45,119 nucleotides of DNA from Candidatus Uhrbacteria bacterium CG_4_9_14_3_um_filter_50_9 (GCA_002791295.1 PFWU01000049.1:231-45349); one strand, 5' to 3'; counted from the stretch's first letter, positions 1 to 9,104 are shown. Notes: a model not told the origin generated them from the letters alone. Made by a program: numbers and translations.

Positions 1-1581
1 GAGGGAATAGCCGAAGTACCCATTTGACGCAGATCCGTAGATCCGTGTGGTGGCCGATCCGGCACTGCTTGAGCCACTCGTCATGGAGGTATCGATGTAG
101 ACCGCCCCTCCATCAGTGGTTTCTTCGTCGTTGCTCGAAGCCCCGAACACCACATCAGGGAAGCCGTCGTGGTCGAGGTCACAGTTGCCGAGAAGCTCGT
201 AGCCGGCGTAGTCACCGGTGGCTTCGCCAGTCCAGGTGCTGTCGGCGTCTGAGACACTGAGTGTTCCTGTGAATTCACAGCCCGTGGCCGTGCCGTCGCA
301 GTCGTTGTCCACGCCGTCTCGGCACACCTCGGTCTCGCCGGGGTTGACGTCAGCGTCACTGTCGTCGCAGTCGCCGTCGTCTTCGGCATGGCCAGACGGA
401 AGGATACAGTCCTCGGTTGTTCCCGAGCTGGAATCCCCATACCCGTCTCCGTCCGCGTCGACGTAGTAGGTTCTGGTCAGACCTTCGTTCACGTCGCCGT
501 CGCAGTTGTTGTCGATGTCGTCACAAACCTCGGTCTCGCCAGGGTTCGCCGCTGCTTCGGTGTCGTCGCAGTCGGTGTTGTCTGTGACGTAGTCACCGGG
601 GTTCTCGCAGTCCGAGGTCGCCGAGGCGTCTTCGTCGCCGTAGCCATCTCCGTCCACGTCTGGGTACCAGTCGTAGAAGGTGGTGTCGGTGTCGGTCTCG
701 TCGTCACAGTCGTCGTCGAGGTCGTTGTTGCAGATCTCCTCGGCGCCCGGGTTCACGGAGGGACGGGTGTCATCGCAGTCGTCGCCGTTTGCGACGTAGC
801 CTTCGACGTCATCCTGGCAGGTCGCCCAGATCGTGTCGGGGTCGCCGTAGCCGTCTTCGTCTGCATCCGTGTACCAGATGTAGGCGTCTTCGGCGTCATC
901 GGTGATGCCGTTGCAGTCCTCGTCCACGCCGTTGTCGCAGATCTCGGTTCCGTCCGGATTGACGGTGCTGTCCGAGTCGAGGCAGTCGCCATCGATTGCG
1001 ATGTAGCCACTCGGCTGCGTGCACTGTTCGAGGATGTCCTCGTCCGTGCCGTATCCGTCCTCGTCGAGGTCACGGTACCAGGTGGGTACCACGCCTTCGT
1101 CGATTCCGTCATCGCAGTCGTTGTCGATTTCGTCGCAGATCTCTTCGGCACCCGGGTGGATGTCACCCTTGGTGTCGTCGCAGTCGCCATTTTCGGCCAC
1201 ATAGCCGTCGGGCTGACCGCATGAGACAGTCGTCTGCGTACCACCAAAGCTGTCATCGTCCACGTCGATGTACCAGGTCGACTCCTCGACGAGCGAAGCG
1301 TCGTTGTCGTCGCAGTCGCCAGTCACAGCGACGTAGCCATCGGGCTGCGTGCAGGCGGTGGTGGTTTCATCACCACCCACACCGTCACGATCCGCATCCG
1401 CGTACCAGACACTCGCACCGCCGACGCTTCCGTCGCGATCGTTGCAGTCCTCGCCGTCGACGAAGGACAGTCCATCACCGTCCACATCGAGACGGTTCGC
1501 CAGGTCGTCCTCGCCGAGGAACGGCACACATCCGGTCAGAGACAGACACGCACAAAGCAGCATGTTCATCAGGTTCTTCAT
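1..1581 (-). CDS. Large lipoprotein with MopE-related Cys/Asp repeats followed by FG-GAP-like repeats (3'-truncated by window edge; missing from the ORF track)
   Basis: ATG at 1581 preceded by GAGGAGG. The translated start is MKNLMNMLLCACLSLTGC (lipobox LTGC), followed by many WYxDxDxDGYG / DCDD...PGAxEICD.xDNDCDG units, then CDLDHDGFPDVVFGA...GGAVY and GYFGYSL (FG-GAP-like) at the window edge in the same frame. GC-rich codon usage. Confidence 0.88.
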   Translation of the reverse strand, partial: MKNLMNMLLCACLSLTGCVPFLGEDDLANRLDVDGDGLSFVDGEDCNDRDGSVGGASVWYADADRDGVGGDETTTACTQPDGYVAVTGDCDDNDASLVEESTWYIDVDDDSFGGTQTTVSCGQPDGYVAENGDCDDTKGDIHPGAEEICDEIDNDCDDGIDEGVVPTWYRDLDEDGYGTDEDILEQCTQPSGYIAIDGDCLDSDSTVNPDGTEICDNGVDEDCNGITDDAEDAYIWYTDADEDGYGDPDTIWATCQDDVEGYVANGDDCDDTRPSVNPGAEEICNNDLDDDCDDETDTDTTFYDWYPDVDGDGYGDEDASATSDCENPGDYVTDNTDCDDTEAAANPGETEVCDDIDNNCDGDVNEGLTRTYYVDADGDGYGDSSSGTTEDCILPSGHAEDDGDCDDSDADVNPGETEVCRDGVDNDCDGTATGCEFTGTLSVSDADSTWTGEATGDYAGYELLGNCDLDHDGFPDVVFGASSNDEETTDGGAVYIDTSMTSGSSSAGSATTRIYGSASNGYFGYSL

Positions 1582-1697
1582 CTTTCCTCCTCAGATTCTG
1601 GTGAAGGGCCAGAACGCAATACCCAAACATTACTGTTTCGGTAAACCGGTCTGGCCCTGTGTTTGCAGGGAACGGTCCTTGTAAAGAACAACGGTGC

Positions 1698-1726
1698 AGA
1701 TTGGCTTAAAAAGGGTGTTTTGTCAA
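1698..1726 (-). promoter_or_regulatory. sigma70 promoter of the MopE-repeat lipoprotein gene
   Basis: Minus strand TTGACA-17 nt-CAATCT, followed 6 nt later by boxA-like TTGTTCTTTACAA (1679-1691). Confidence 0.7.
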
Positions 1727-1761
1727 CCCCACAGCCTCATCTTACCTTGCTGGCTTATGAG

Positions 1762-1790
1762 TTGCAAAAGTGCTCTTTTTAGCCTAAACT
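1762..1790 (+). promoter_or_regulatory. sigma70 promoter of valS-argS
   Basis: TTGCAA-17 nt-TAAACT ending 10 nt before the valS ATG. Confidence 0.55.
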
Positions 1791-1800
1791 CCAGATATCT

Positions 1801-4452
1801 ATGCAAAAAAAGGAAATCCCGAAAGCTTACGAAGCTCGGAACTACGAAGACACGATTTACGCCGCCTGGGAAGAAAGCGGATTTTTTAATCCAGACAATC
1901 TTTCAGGCGAGCCGTTTTCAATCATGATGCCACCACCGAATGTGACAGGCGTGCTCCATCTTGGACATGCACTTGAGAACACCATCATGGACTCCATGAT
2001 TCGCTACCAACGCATGCACGGGCGCAAGGCGCTCCTCCTTCCAGGGACAGATCATGCGGCGGTGCCAACGCAGGCTAAGGTAGAGAAGTTGCTCATGGAA
2101 GAGGGGATTGCTTTTCCCCGTCAGGAGTTTGGACGAGAGAAACTGGTGGAACGCATTCGAACATTTGCCGACGCCTCCCGTGCGACGATTTTGAGTCAAA
2201 TTAAAAAAATGGGAACCAGTTGCGATTGGTCACGTCTTGCCTATACGTTTGATGAGAATCGTAATCGAGCGGTGAACGAGTTGTTCACCCGCATGTACAA
2301 TGACGGACTCATCTATCGCGGGTATCGCGTGGTGAACTGGTCTGTGAAGGGGCAATGTACCTGTAGCGATGATGAGCTTGCGTATGTTGATCGCAAAGCG
2401 AAACTTTACACATTCAAGTACGATGCACAGTTTCCGTTTACGATTGCGACCACTCGTCCCGAAACCAAGTTGGGTGATACGGCTGTGGCCGTGCACCCAA
2501 GCGACGAGCGTTATGCGCAGTTTGTGGGTCAAGTGTTTGAGGTAGATTTTTGCGGGAATCCCTTGCGTCTTCATGTGATTGCTGACGAAGGAGTTGATCC
2601 TGAGTTTGGAACAGGAGCACTCGGCGTGACACCTGCACATAGTGCGATCGATTTCGTCATGTACGAGAAACAAAAAGCTGCTGGTAACGATATCGGAATT
2701 ATTCCCGTCATTGGTTCAGACGGTAAGATGACGACTCAAGCGGGTCAGGAGTTTGAGGGTCTCACGAGCGAAGAAGCGCGCGAGAAGGTTGTTGCCAGAT
2801 TGAGAGAGGCAGGATTACTTGTGAGTGAGCATGAGATTGAGCAGAACGTTGGGACATCAGATCGATTTGGGGATGTTGTTGAGGCGATTCCTATGACGCA
2901 GTGGTGGCTTGATGTGCAGAAAGAAATTCCTGGAAAAGGGAAAAGTTTGCGTGATCTCATGCGCGAGGCGCTCACGATCGGCCTGCATGGAGACGAGAAA
3001 CAGAAAGTGACTATCAATCCAGAACGGTTTACAAAACTTTATCTCGACCGGGTTGAACAGTTACGCGACTGGTGTCTTTCTCGACAAATTTGGTGGGGAC
3101 ATCGTATCCCGGTTTGGTACAAGGGTGAGGAGATGGTTGTGGGACAAGAACCAGAAGGTGAAGGATGGGTTCAGGACGAAGACACACTTGATACCTGGTT
3201 TAGCTCGGGGTCCTGGACCTTCTCGACACTTGGTTGGCCAGATGACACTCAAGATTTGAAGCATTTTCATCCAACGACTTGGATGCAGATGGGATATGAA
3301 ATTCTTTATCTTTGGTTGATGCGCATGGTACTTATGAGTGCGTATGCATTGAAGGAAATTCCATTCAAAGAGGTCTATATCCACGGGATGCTTCGGGATA
3401 AGGATGGGCAGAAGTTTTCTAAGTCTCTTGGAAATGGCATCGATCCGATTGAGGTGATTGAGAAGTATAGTGCGGATGCGCTTCGGTTTAGTTTGATCAC
3501 AGGGGTGACGCCGGGGAATGATTCTCGGTTTTATGAGGAGAAGGTTGAAGCGGCGCAGCGGCTTGTGAACAAGCTTTGGAACATTTCTCGATTTATTTTA
3601 AGTAGTGTTGATGAGATGAACCATGGGGCGGCGTTTTCAGAATTGTCACCAAGCTCCATGGCGGACAAGTGGATTTTGTCTCAGCTTGTGCGGCTCGAGG
3701 AAGACGTTTCCTCGCACATGCAGGTTGCTGAGTTTTCTCAAGCCACAGAAAAGTTGCGGGAGTTTACGTGGAGTAAGTTTGCAGATTGGTATTTGGAGAT
3801 CGCAAAGGTTCAACGTCAAAACGAAACGACAAAAGCCTCCACCGACGCCATTTTGGTTTACGTGCTTGAGCACCTACTGACCTACTGGCATCCAATCATG
3901 CCATTTGTGACAGAAGCGATTTGGAAATACATTGAGCCTGAGGAGTTCCTCATGGCCCACACATGGCCGGTTATGCGACAGATCGACTTAGATCTCGAGG
4001 CAGAGCATCAGATGGACCGCCTTCAGGAGGTGGTGTCAACGATTCGGAATCTACGCTCTGAGTATCAGATAGATCCAAAAAAGAAGATTACAGTTGTCCT
4101 TGTTGGCTCTCAGCTTGAGTCTGAACAATCAGCAATTGAATTCCTGACAGGGGCTCAGTCTTGCACATGGGTCAAAGAAGCTCCGCAGGAAGGGGAGTCT
4201 GTGAGTGCTGTCACGAGCGTCGGACAAGTAGTTGTTTCTCTTGAGGGACTGGTTGATAAAGACAAAGAGCGTGCGCGTCTTGAAAAGGAGCGTGACGAGG
4301 TGATGGGGTACATCAAAAGTCTTACGGATAAACTTGCGAACGAGGCTTTTACATCCAAGGCTCCAGAGCAGGTGGTTGGTGTCATGCGGACAAACAAAGA
4401 AGAGGCCGAACAGCGCCTCAGTGTGATCCAAGAACAACTAACCGCTCTTTAG
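1801..4452 (+). CDS. valS: Valine--tRNA ligase
   Basis: PPPNVTGVLHLGH (HIGH), GTDHA, TTRPET, DWCLSRQIWWGHRIP, DTWFSS, KFSKS (KMSKS) and a C-terminal coiled coil; 883 aa. Confidence 0.98.
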   Translation: MQKKEIPKAYEARNYEDTIYAAWEESGFFNPDNLSGEPFSIMMPPPNVTGVLHLGHALENTIMDSMIRYQRMHGRKALLLPGTDHAAVPTQAKVEKLLMEEGIAFPRQEFGREKLVERIRTFADASRATILSQIKKMGTSCDWSRLAYTFDENRNRAVNELFTRMYNDGLIYRGYRVVNWSVKGQCTCSDDELAYVDRKAKLYTFKYDAQFPFTIATTRPETKLGDTAVAVHPSDERYAQFVGQVFEVDFCGNPLRLHVIADEGVDPEFGTGALGVTPAHSAIDFVMYEKQKAAGNDIGIIPVIGSDGKMTTQAGQEFEGLTSEEAREKVVARLREAGLLVSEHEIEQNVGTSDRFGDVVEAIPMTQWWLDVQKEIPGKGKSLRDLMREALTIGLHGDEKQKVTINPERFTKLYLDRVEQLRDWCLSRQIWWGHRIPVWYKGEEMVVGQEPEGEGWVQDEDTLDTWFSSGSWTFSTLGWPDDTQDLKHFHPTTWMQMGYEILYLWLMRMVLMSAYALKEIPFKEVYIHGMLRDKDGQKFSKSLGNGIDPIEVIEKYSADALRFSLITGVTPGNDSRFYEEKVEAAQRLVNKLWNISRFILSSVDEMNHGAAFSELSPSSMADKWILSQLVRLEEDVSSHMQVAEFSQATEKLREFTWSKFADWYLEIAKVQRQNETTKASTDAILVYVLEHLLTYWHPIMPFVTEAIWKYIEPEEFLMAHTWPVMRQIDLDLEAEHQMDRLQEVVSTIRNLRSEYQIDPKKKITVVLVGSQLESEQSAIEFLTGAQSCTWVKEAPQEGESVSAVTSVGQVVVSLEGLVDKDKERARLEKERDEVMGYIKSLTDKLANEAFTSKAPEQVVGVMRTNKEEAEQRLSVIQEQLTAL

Positions 4453-4518
4453 CCGTATGATTGAAATCCTTACCTTTTTGTACCTGCAGCAGGCGATTCA
4501 TCTGCATAAGAATTAACT

Positions 4519-6222
4519 ATGTACGTGCTTCAACAAGCAAAGCAGCAAGTGCTCACAGAACTTAAGCAGGCGGTTAAAGGACTCAGTCCAACGCAGGCGG
4601 ATCTTGCAACACCTCCAGATCCATCCATGGGGGATATTGCCTTTCCTTGTTTTGCCTTGGCGAAACAAATGAAACAGGCACCAGATGAGATCGCGCGTGA
4701 GATTGCCGCAAAGATTGGTTCAAAGGGCTTTATCGAACGCGTGAATGCGGTGGGTCCTTATGTCAACTTTATTTTTAGTAATGCTACATTCGGATCGAGT
4801 GTCTTAGGTGAAATTCAGAAGCTGGGGAAGGCTTATGGGGTTTCTACTGTGGGGGAAGAAAAACGAGTCATGGTTGAGTATGCAAACCTGAACTCGCACA
4901 AGGACGTGCACATTGGGCACCTACGAAATTTGTTTGTGGGTCAAATGGCCGTTGAGGTGTTGAAGATGAATGGGTACGATGTGGTACCGGTGGCATACAT
5001 CAATGATCTTGGAGTGCATGTGGCAAAATCTGTTTGGGCGATGAAGAAGTATCACGGAGAGGAGCAAGTCCCCAAGGAAGATCGAATTAAATTTCTTCGC
5101 GAGGTGTATGTGGAAGCGAATGCGAAGCTTGAGGAAGATCCGTCTTTAAAAGAAGAAGTCTCGCAGGTGTTTTTAGAGCTTGAGAATCAACGAGGTGAGG
5201 ATGTGGCTAGGTGGAAAGAAACGCGTGATTGGTCCATTGACTACCTCCGCGACGTGTATGACGAGCTTGGGCTGACACTTGAGCATTGGTATTTTGAGAG
5301 TGATCTCATTCTCAAGACCAAGAAAATAATTGATCAGCTTATTGAGGACGGCCTCGCTGTGGAGTCCGAGGGGGCCTGGATTGTTGATTTACGTGATGAG
5401 GATCTTGGAGTGAATCTGCTTATTAAGTCTGACGGAACATTGTTGTACAACGCAAAAGATCTTGGGTTAGCCATGAAAAAAGAAGAGGATTATCACCCTC
5501 TGCGATCAATCTACGTGGTCGACATGCGGCAATCGCATGCCTTGAAACAATTATTTGCTACGCTTAAGCGCATGGAGTTTGATCGGGAGCTCATCCATTT
5601 GGCGTATGACTTTGTCACGCTCTCTGATGGGGCGATGGCTGCTCGAAAGGGGAACGTTGTTCGTTATGAAGTGTTTCGTGATGAGATGATTGCACGTGCA
5701 CATGCGGAGACACGGGAGCGACATGAGGATTGGTCTCTCAAAAAGGTGAATACTGTTTCTCGTGCCGTTGCTTTTGCCGCCATACGTTTTGGTATGCTGA
5801 AGCAAGATCTTGAAAAAAGCATTGTGTTTGATCTTGAGCAAGCGATGTCGTTTGAGGGGTATACTGGTCCTTATCTTCTCTACACCTATGCACGTATCCA
5901 AAGGCTGTTTACGAAAGTTAAGAAGATCAAGCTCGATTATGCGGCAACGAAGCTTACAGAACCATCTGCCCATGACTTGATGATTTTACTTTCGTCCTAT
6001 CCAGAGGTCGTTTTCTCTATCGGGCAGACACTACAGTTATCGAGATTACCTCAATACTTGTTTGATCTTGCAAAAACCTTTTCTGCCTTTTATAACGACG
6101 TTCCGATTGCCACCGCCGAACCCGAGATTGCTGCACAGCGTCTTGCACTATCTGAAGCGGTCCAACAGGTGCTTGAAAACGGCATGGAGCTCATGGGGAT
6201 TACTCCCGTTGACGAAATGTAG
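4519..6222 (+). CDS. argS: Arginine--tRNA ligase
   Basis: VMVEY..N.HK.VHIGHLRN, YINDLG, KSDGTLLY..KDL, GAMAARKG (MSTRKG-type), FEGYTGPYLLYTYARI and a DALR-type C-terminus ending in M. Confidence 0.97.
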   Translation: MYVLQQAKQQVLTELKQAVKGLSPTQADLATPPDPSMGDIAFPCFALAKQMKQAPDEIAREIAAKIGSKGFIERVNAVGPYVNFIFSNATFGSSVLGEIQKLGKAYGVSTVGEEKRVMVEYANLNSHKDVHIGHLRNLFVGQMAVEVLKMNGYDVVPVAYINDLGVHVAKSVWAMKKYHGEEQVPKEDRIKFLREVYVEANAKLEEDPSLKEEVSQVFLELENQRGEDVARWKETRDWSIDYLRDVYDELGLTLEHWYFESDLILKTKKIIDQLIEDGLAVESEGAWIVDLRDEDLGVNLLIKSDGTLLYNAKDLGLAMKKEEDYHPLRSIYVVDMRQSHALKQLFATLKRMEFDRELIHLAYDFVTLSDGAMAARKGNVVRYEVFRDEMIARAHAETRERHEDWSLKKVNTVSRAVAFAAIRFGMLKQDLEKSIVFDLEQAMSFEGYTGPYLLYTYARIQRLFTKVKKIKLDYAATKLTEPSAHDLMILLSSYPEVVFSIGQTLQLSRLPQYLFDLAKTFSAFYNDVPIATAEPEIAAQRLALSEAVQQVLENGMELMGITPVDEM

Positions 6223-6265
6223 TGTCCTTCTCTAAGATCGATGCATAGATTCCCAGTAAAAAAAT

Positions 6266-6673
6266 ATGTTTAAAGACAAACAGGAGAGTAGATCGTCACA
6301 AAATGGAGGAAATCAGACCATTATCGCCCAGGGCGTGAAAGTTGAGGGGGATTTTCATTCAAACGGGGATGTGATCATTGATGGAGAAGTGGCGGGGTCG
6401 GTTGAGACCTCTCAGTCGCTTCAAATCGGTGAGAGTGCTCGCATTAGTGCGAATGTGATTGCCAAGAGTGCTGTGATTGCTGGTGAAGTGCGTGGAAACA
6501 TTTCTGCACTAGATCGGCTTGAGCTCACGGCAACCTCTACGGTGCATGGTGATATTCAAACAAGCCTGATTTCTGTTGCGGCAGGGGCACAGATTAATGG
6601 CAAGCTCACCATGGGGAAGGGGGTCGCACGTACTTCGGAGCCTTCTGTCGAGACAGAAGAATCGGAAGACTAA
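6266..6673 (+). CDS. Bactofilin (polymer-forming cytoskeletal protein)
   Basis: TIIAQGVKVEGDF...VIIDGEVAG...IGESARI.ANV.AK..VI.GEV.GNI.A...LEL..T..V.GDI......GA.I.G beta-helix pattern. Confidence 0.93.
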   Translation: MFKDKQESRSSQNGGNQTIIAQGVKVEGDFHSNGDVIIDGEVAGSVETSQSLQIGESARISANVIAKSAVIAGEVRGNISALDRLELTATSTVHGDIQTSLISVAAGAQINGKLTMGKGVARTSEPSVETEESED

Positions 6674-6682
6674 TTCACCCTC

Positions 6683-7417
6683 ATGTACTGCTACCTTTAC
6701 GATGAGTTTATTCAGGAGAACAAGCGCTTTGAGCGAGAGTTGCTTGAGGTAGAGAATCGGCTGACAGACCTTGGCATTGCTGGAAAAATTTCCCGCCTTG
6801 CGTTGTTTCGAAATGCAGAGGAAATGATTCGTGATGAAATCGATCGGGGTGTGGAGACGATTGTGGTCCTTGGAAATGATGAGACCATTCGAAAAGTCAT
6901 TGATGTTGTGGCAGACAGCCAAGTGGTGTTAGGGATTATTCCCTTCGGACCCAACAACAAGCTCGCCCAGCTCATGGGGATTCCTGAGGGGGTTGGGGCT
7001 TGCGATGTGCTTTCCGCTCGTCGAGTAGAGACGATCGATATCGGGACCGTGAACGGACGACGGTTTATTACCGGACTCACCATTCCAAATTTTAAAGCAG
7101 AGATTACATGCGATGAGCAGTTTCGTATTTTTGCGACCACACGTGCAGAACTCGAGATCCGTAATTTGGCAAATTTATCCGATCCCTGTGACGGGATTTT
7201 AAACACGGTTATTCGTTCGGCGGTTAAAAAAGGATGGGGGATTTTTGGCAGAAGTGAGATGCAAGAAAGTACCTTACCCATGCAGTCGCTCGCCATTCGT
7301 TCAGAGAAATCCATCAGCGTCTTTGCCGACGGAGAAGAGCTTGAAGGGACAAGGTTCGACATTGGAATTGAACCCATGGCTATGCGGGTGATTACGGGGA
7401 AACAAAGAATGTTTTAG
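6683..7417 (+). CDS. Diacylglycerol kinase catalytic-domain-like protein (degenerate)
   Basis: IVVLGNDET (GGDGT position), LGIIPFGPNNKLA..MGIP, IDIGTVNGRRF and C-terminal ADGE. Confidence 0.8.
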   Translation: MYCYLYDEFIQENKRFERELLEVENRLTDLGIAGKISRLALFRNAEEMIRDEIDRGVETIVVLGNDETIRKVIDVVADSQVVLGIIPFGPNNKLAQLMGIPEGVGACDVLSARRVETIDIGTVNGRRFITGLTIPNFKAEITCDEQFRIFATTRAELEIRNLANLSDPCDGILNTVIRSAVKKGWGIFGRSEMQESTLPMQSLAIRSEKSISVFADGEELEGTRFDIGIEPMAMRVITGKQRMF

Positions 7418-7476
7418 AAAAAAACGGATAGAAGTCCGTTTTTTGAATTGAAAAAGCACGCCGTTTACGTGCTTCA
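7418..7476. terminator. Tandem back-to-back terminators between convergent genes
   Basis: Hairpins AAAAAACGGA-tagaag-TCCGTTTTTT and AAGCACG-ccgttta-CGTGCTT separated by GAATTGAAAAA. Confidence 0.75.
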
Positions 7477-7866
7477 TGTGGTCAATATGTCGATCCAGAG
7501 GACGGCGACGAGTGCCAGTGTGGCACCGAGGATGGTTGTGACTGTGATGACGATGCCTGGAGTCTTGAGTCCAAACCATTTGAGAAGTCTGATCGTGAGA
7601 GGCTTGTAGAACCAGTTGTCGACAAGATCGGGGAACACCATGGCTCTTAGGTGGCCAGAGATGATCGTCAGTGGACAGCGGCAGCTAAGCAGGGCTTGCA
7701 CACCAACAATAGTGACGGCAAAGGCGGAATGCATGTGTCTTAAGGTCTTGAACTCTTCAAACGGGTAGAAGATGTATCCTCCTAACCAGAAGAGGATCAC
7801 GAGTACGTGTAGTGCATCCACAGCGAGCGCCAATCTCAAGTAGAAGCGTTTCCTCTTTTCTGTCAT
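7474..7866 (-). CDS. DUF2784-like membrane protein (130 aa)
   Basis: Start reassigned to ATG 7866 (MTEKRKRF; GGAG upstream) because the longer ORF-track version overlaps tRNA-Leu. It has hydrophobic helices with LHVLVI, a second His and a CRCPLT motif. Confidence 0.75.
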   Translation of the reverse strand: MTEKRKRFYLRLALAVDALHVLVILFWLGGYIFYPFEEFKTLRHMHSAFAVTIVGVQALLSCRCPLTIISGHLRAMVFPDLVDNWFYKPLTIRLLKWFGLKTPGIVITVTTILGATLALVAVLWIDILTT

Positions 7867-7902
7867 GAGGATTCTCCGGTTGGTGCGAGAGAAGGGTGGA
7901 TG

Positions 7903-7931
7903 ATCGTATAGCGTACAAGAGTCTCTGTCAA
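7903..7931 (-). promoter_or_regulatory. sigma70 promoter of the DUF2784-like gene
   Basis: Minus strand TTGACA-17 nt-TACGAT. Confidence 0.75.
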
Positions 7932-7937
7932 TCCAAT

Positions 7938-7970
7938 AGAAAAACCAGCAGAGAATCTGCTGGTTTTTCT
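7938..7970 (-). terminator. Terminator abutting the tRNA-Leu 3' end
   Basis: AGAAAAACCAGCAGA-gaa-TCTGCTGGTTTTTCT inverted repeat. Confidence 0.8.
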
Positions 7971-8056
7971 GGTGCGCAGAAGAGGACTCGAACCTCCAAG
8001 CCCCGAAGGGCACTAGCCCCTCAAGCTAGCGCGTATACCAATTCCGCCATCTGCGC
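7970..8056 (-). tRNA. tRNA-Leu(GAG)
   Basis: Reverse complement GCGCAGATGGCGGAATTGGTATACGCG-CTAGC TTGAGGG GCTAG-long variable arm-GGAGGTTCGAGTCCTCT-TCTGCGCACCA; encoded CCA. Confidence 0.97.
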
Positions 8057-8125
8057 ATCGGGACGCGGAGAAGCGTAACTGATTTGATCGAATGATGCAA
8101 GAGTGCTGGATGACTCCTACATTCT

Positions 8126-8169
8126 AAATGAAAAACGCGTGACCGGAGTCACACGTTTTTCATGGTGGG
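8126..8169. repeat. 44-bp direct repeat, copy 1 (last 7 nt of tRNA-Val plus its terminator)
   Basis: AAATGAAAAACGCGTGACCGGAGTCACACGTTTTTCATGGTGGG, identical to 9105-9148. Confidence 0.95.
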
Positions 8170-8368
8170 AAGCGTTCTGATACATGGAACTACTCGGGTG
8201 AGCAGACTCCGCTGGTCCTTATCTGTCTTGATTTAGATAAAAAGATTACAAGAATCGGATCTGCTTTAAAGAAATAGCGCACCCACGGTTAGCGGAGAGC
8301 CTCACGTAAGTGAGCTATCTCTTCGCTAGCGCGAGTGCGCGAGTTTGGTCGTTAGGACGTGGGAGGCT

Positions 8369-8590
8369 TTAGAAGGAGACCTCACCATCAACCGTAACGA
8401 ACTCGACCTCGACCTCAGGCGTGCCGTAGAAGCCATCGAACTGGTCCCGAGGGATGTCGTCCTCCTGTAGTTGGATGTTCTCGATGTCGATCTCCTCGCC
8501 GTACTTCACGACATCGAACCGCAGGTAGTATCCCGTCTGGTTCAGGCCCCGGACGAAGAGCTTCATCATGACCGCGTGCTTCTTGGACAT
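8369..8590 (-). CDS. Small acidic hypothetical protein (73 aa)
   Basis: Start placed at ATG 8590 (MSKKHAV) with GGAGG 4 nt upstream; GC-rich third positions; acidic C-terminal half. Confidence 0.7.
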   Translation of the reverse strand: MSKKHAVMMKLFVRGLNQTGYYLRFDVVKYGEEIDIENIQLQEDDIPRDQFDGFYGTPEVEVEFVTVDGEVSF

Positions 8591-8663
8591 CTGTCCTCCG
8601 TTGTTGGTTGTCTCAACCACTTACGGAGTTTGTCCGGTCGGAGAGGGCTCGCCGACCGCGGGG

Positions 8664-8915
8664 TCAGCGTTCTGTGCTGGCGGAGATCTCCTTCTGACTC
8701 AGTCGCCACATGAGAATTGCGACACGCGCGATCATGTACGTCGTGTATCCGCCGACCGCAGTGATGCCCAGCACCATGAACACGAAACCGAAGATCGGCA
8801 GCCCTCTGTTGCTGGGCTCGGAGATGAAGTTCGAGACCAACATCAACGTGCCAGCACCCAACAGGGCAGCCATGACACTGAAGATGAACGAGCAGAGCTT
8901 GTACAAGATGGCCAT
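8664..8915 (-). CDS. Small two-helix membrane protein (83 aa)
   Basis: AAGGAGG before the ATG; two hydrophobic segments; GC-rich codon usage. Confidence 0.7.
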   Translation of the reverse strand: MAILYKLCSFIFSVMAALLGAGTLMLVSNFISEPSNRGLPIFGFVFMVLGITAVGGYTTYMIARVAILMWRLSQKEISASTER

Positions 8916-9021
8916 GCAGCCTCCTTGTTTCTCGTGTAGGTGGATCCAACACGGATCTTCATCGTTTTACATGGCAGCACGACAGAGATCTGGGTTGAAG
9001 TTAGCAAATCTCGAACGACAA

Positions 9022-9050
9022 AATATACGATAAATTGACGATTTTGTCAA
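9022..9050 (-). promoter_or_regulatory. sigma70 promoter of the two-gene insert
   Basis: Minus strand TTGACA-17 nt-TATATT. Confidence 0.75.
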
Positions 9051-9104
9051 TCTATAACGGGATTCAAACCCTCTTCCGTTTGAATCCCTCAGCCCCCACC
9101 ATAC

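Noticed and set aside
1-1581. DGR or CRISPR-like DNA repeats in the first 1.6 kb
   Set aside because: The repeats are codon-level protein repeats with synonymous variation; there is no reverse transcriptase or adenine-specific TR/VR pair.
24-1684. ORF-track calls 388..1224 (+), 996..1604 (+), 81..440 (-), 753..1256 (-) and similar
   Set aside because: Shadow frames of the GC-rich repeat lipoprotein gene (1581 to <1, minus), which the track missed because it has no stop in the window.
1727-1800. T-box leader or boxA (TGCTCTTT at 1771) upstream of valS
   Set aside because: The leader is too short and has no T-box motif; the boxA-like string falls inside the promoter spacer and would not be transcribed.
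7867-8013. N-terminal extension of ORF 7474..8013
   Set aside because: It runs through tRNA-Leu, a terminator and a promoter; the real start is ATG 7866.
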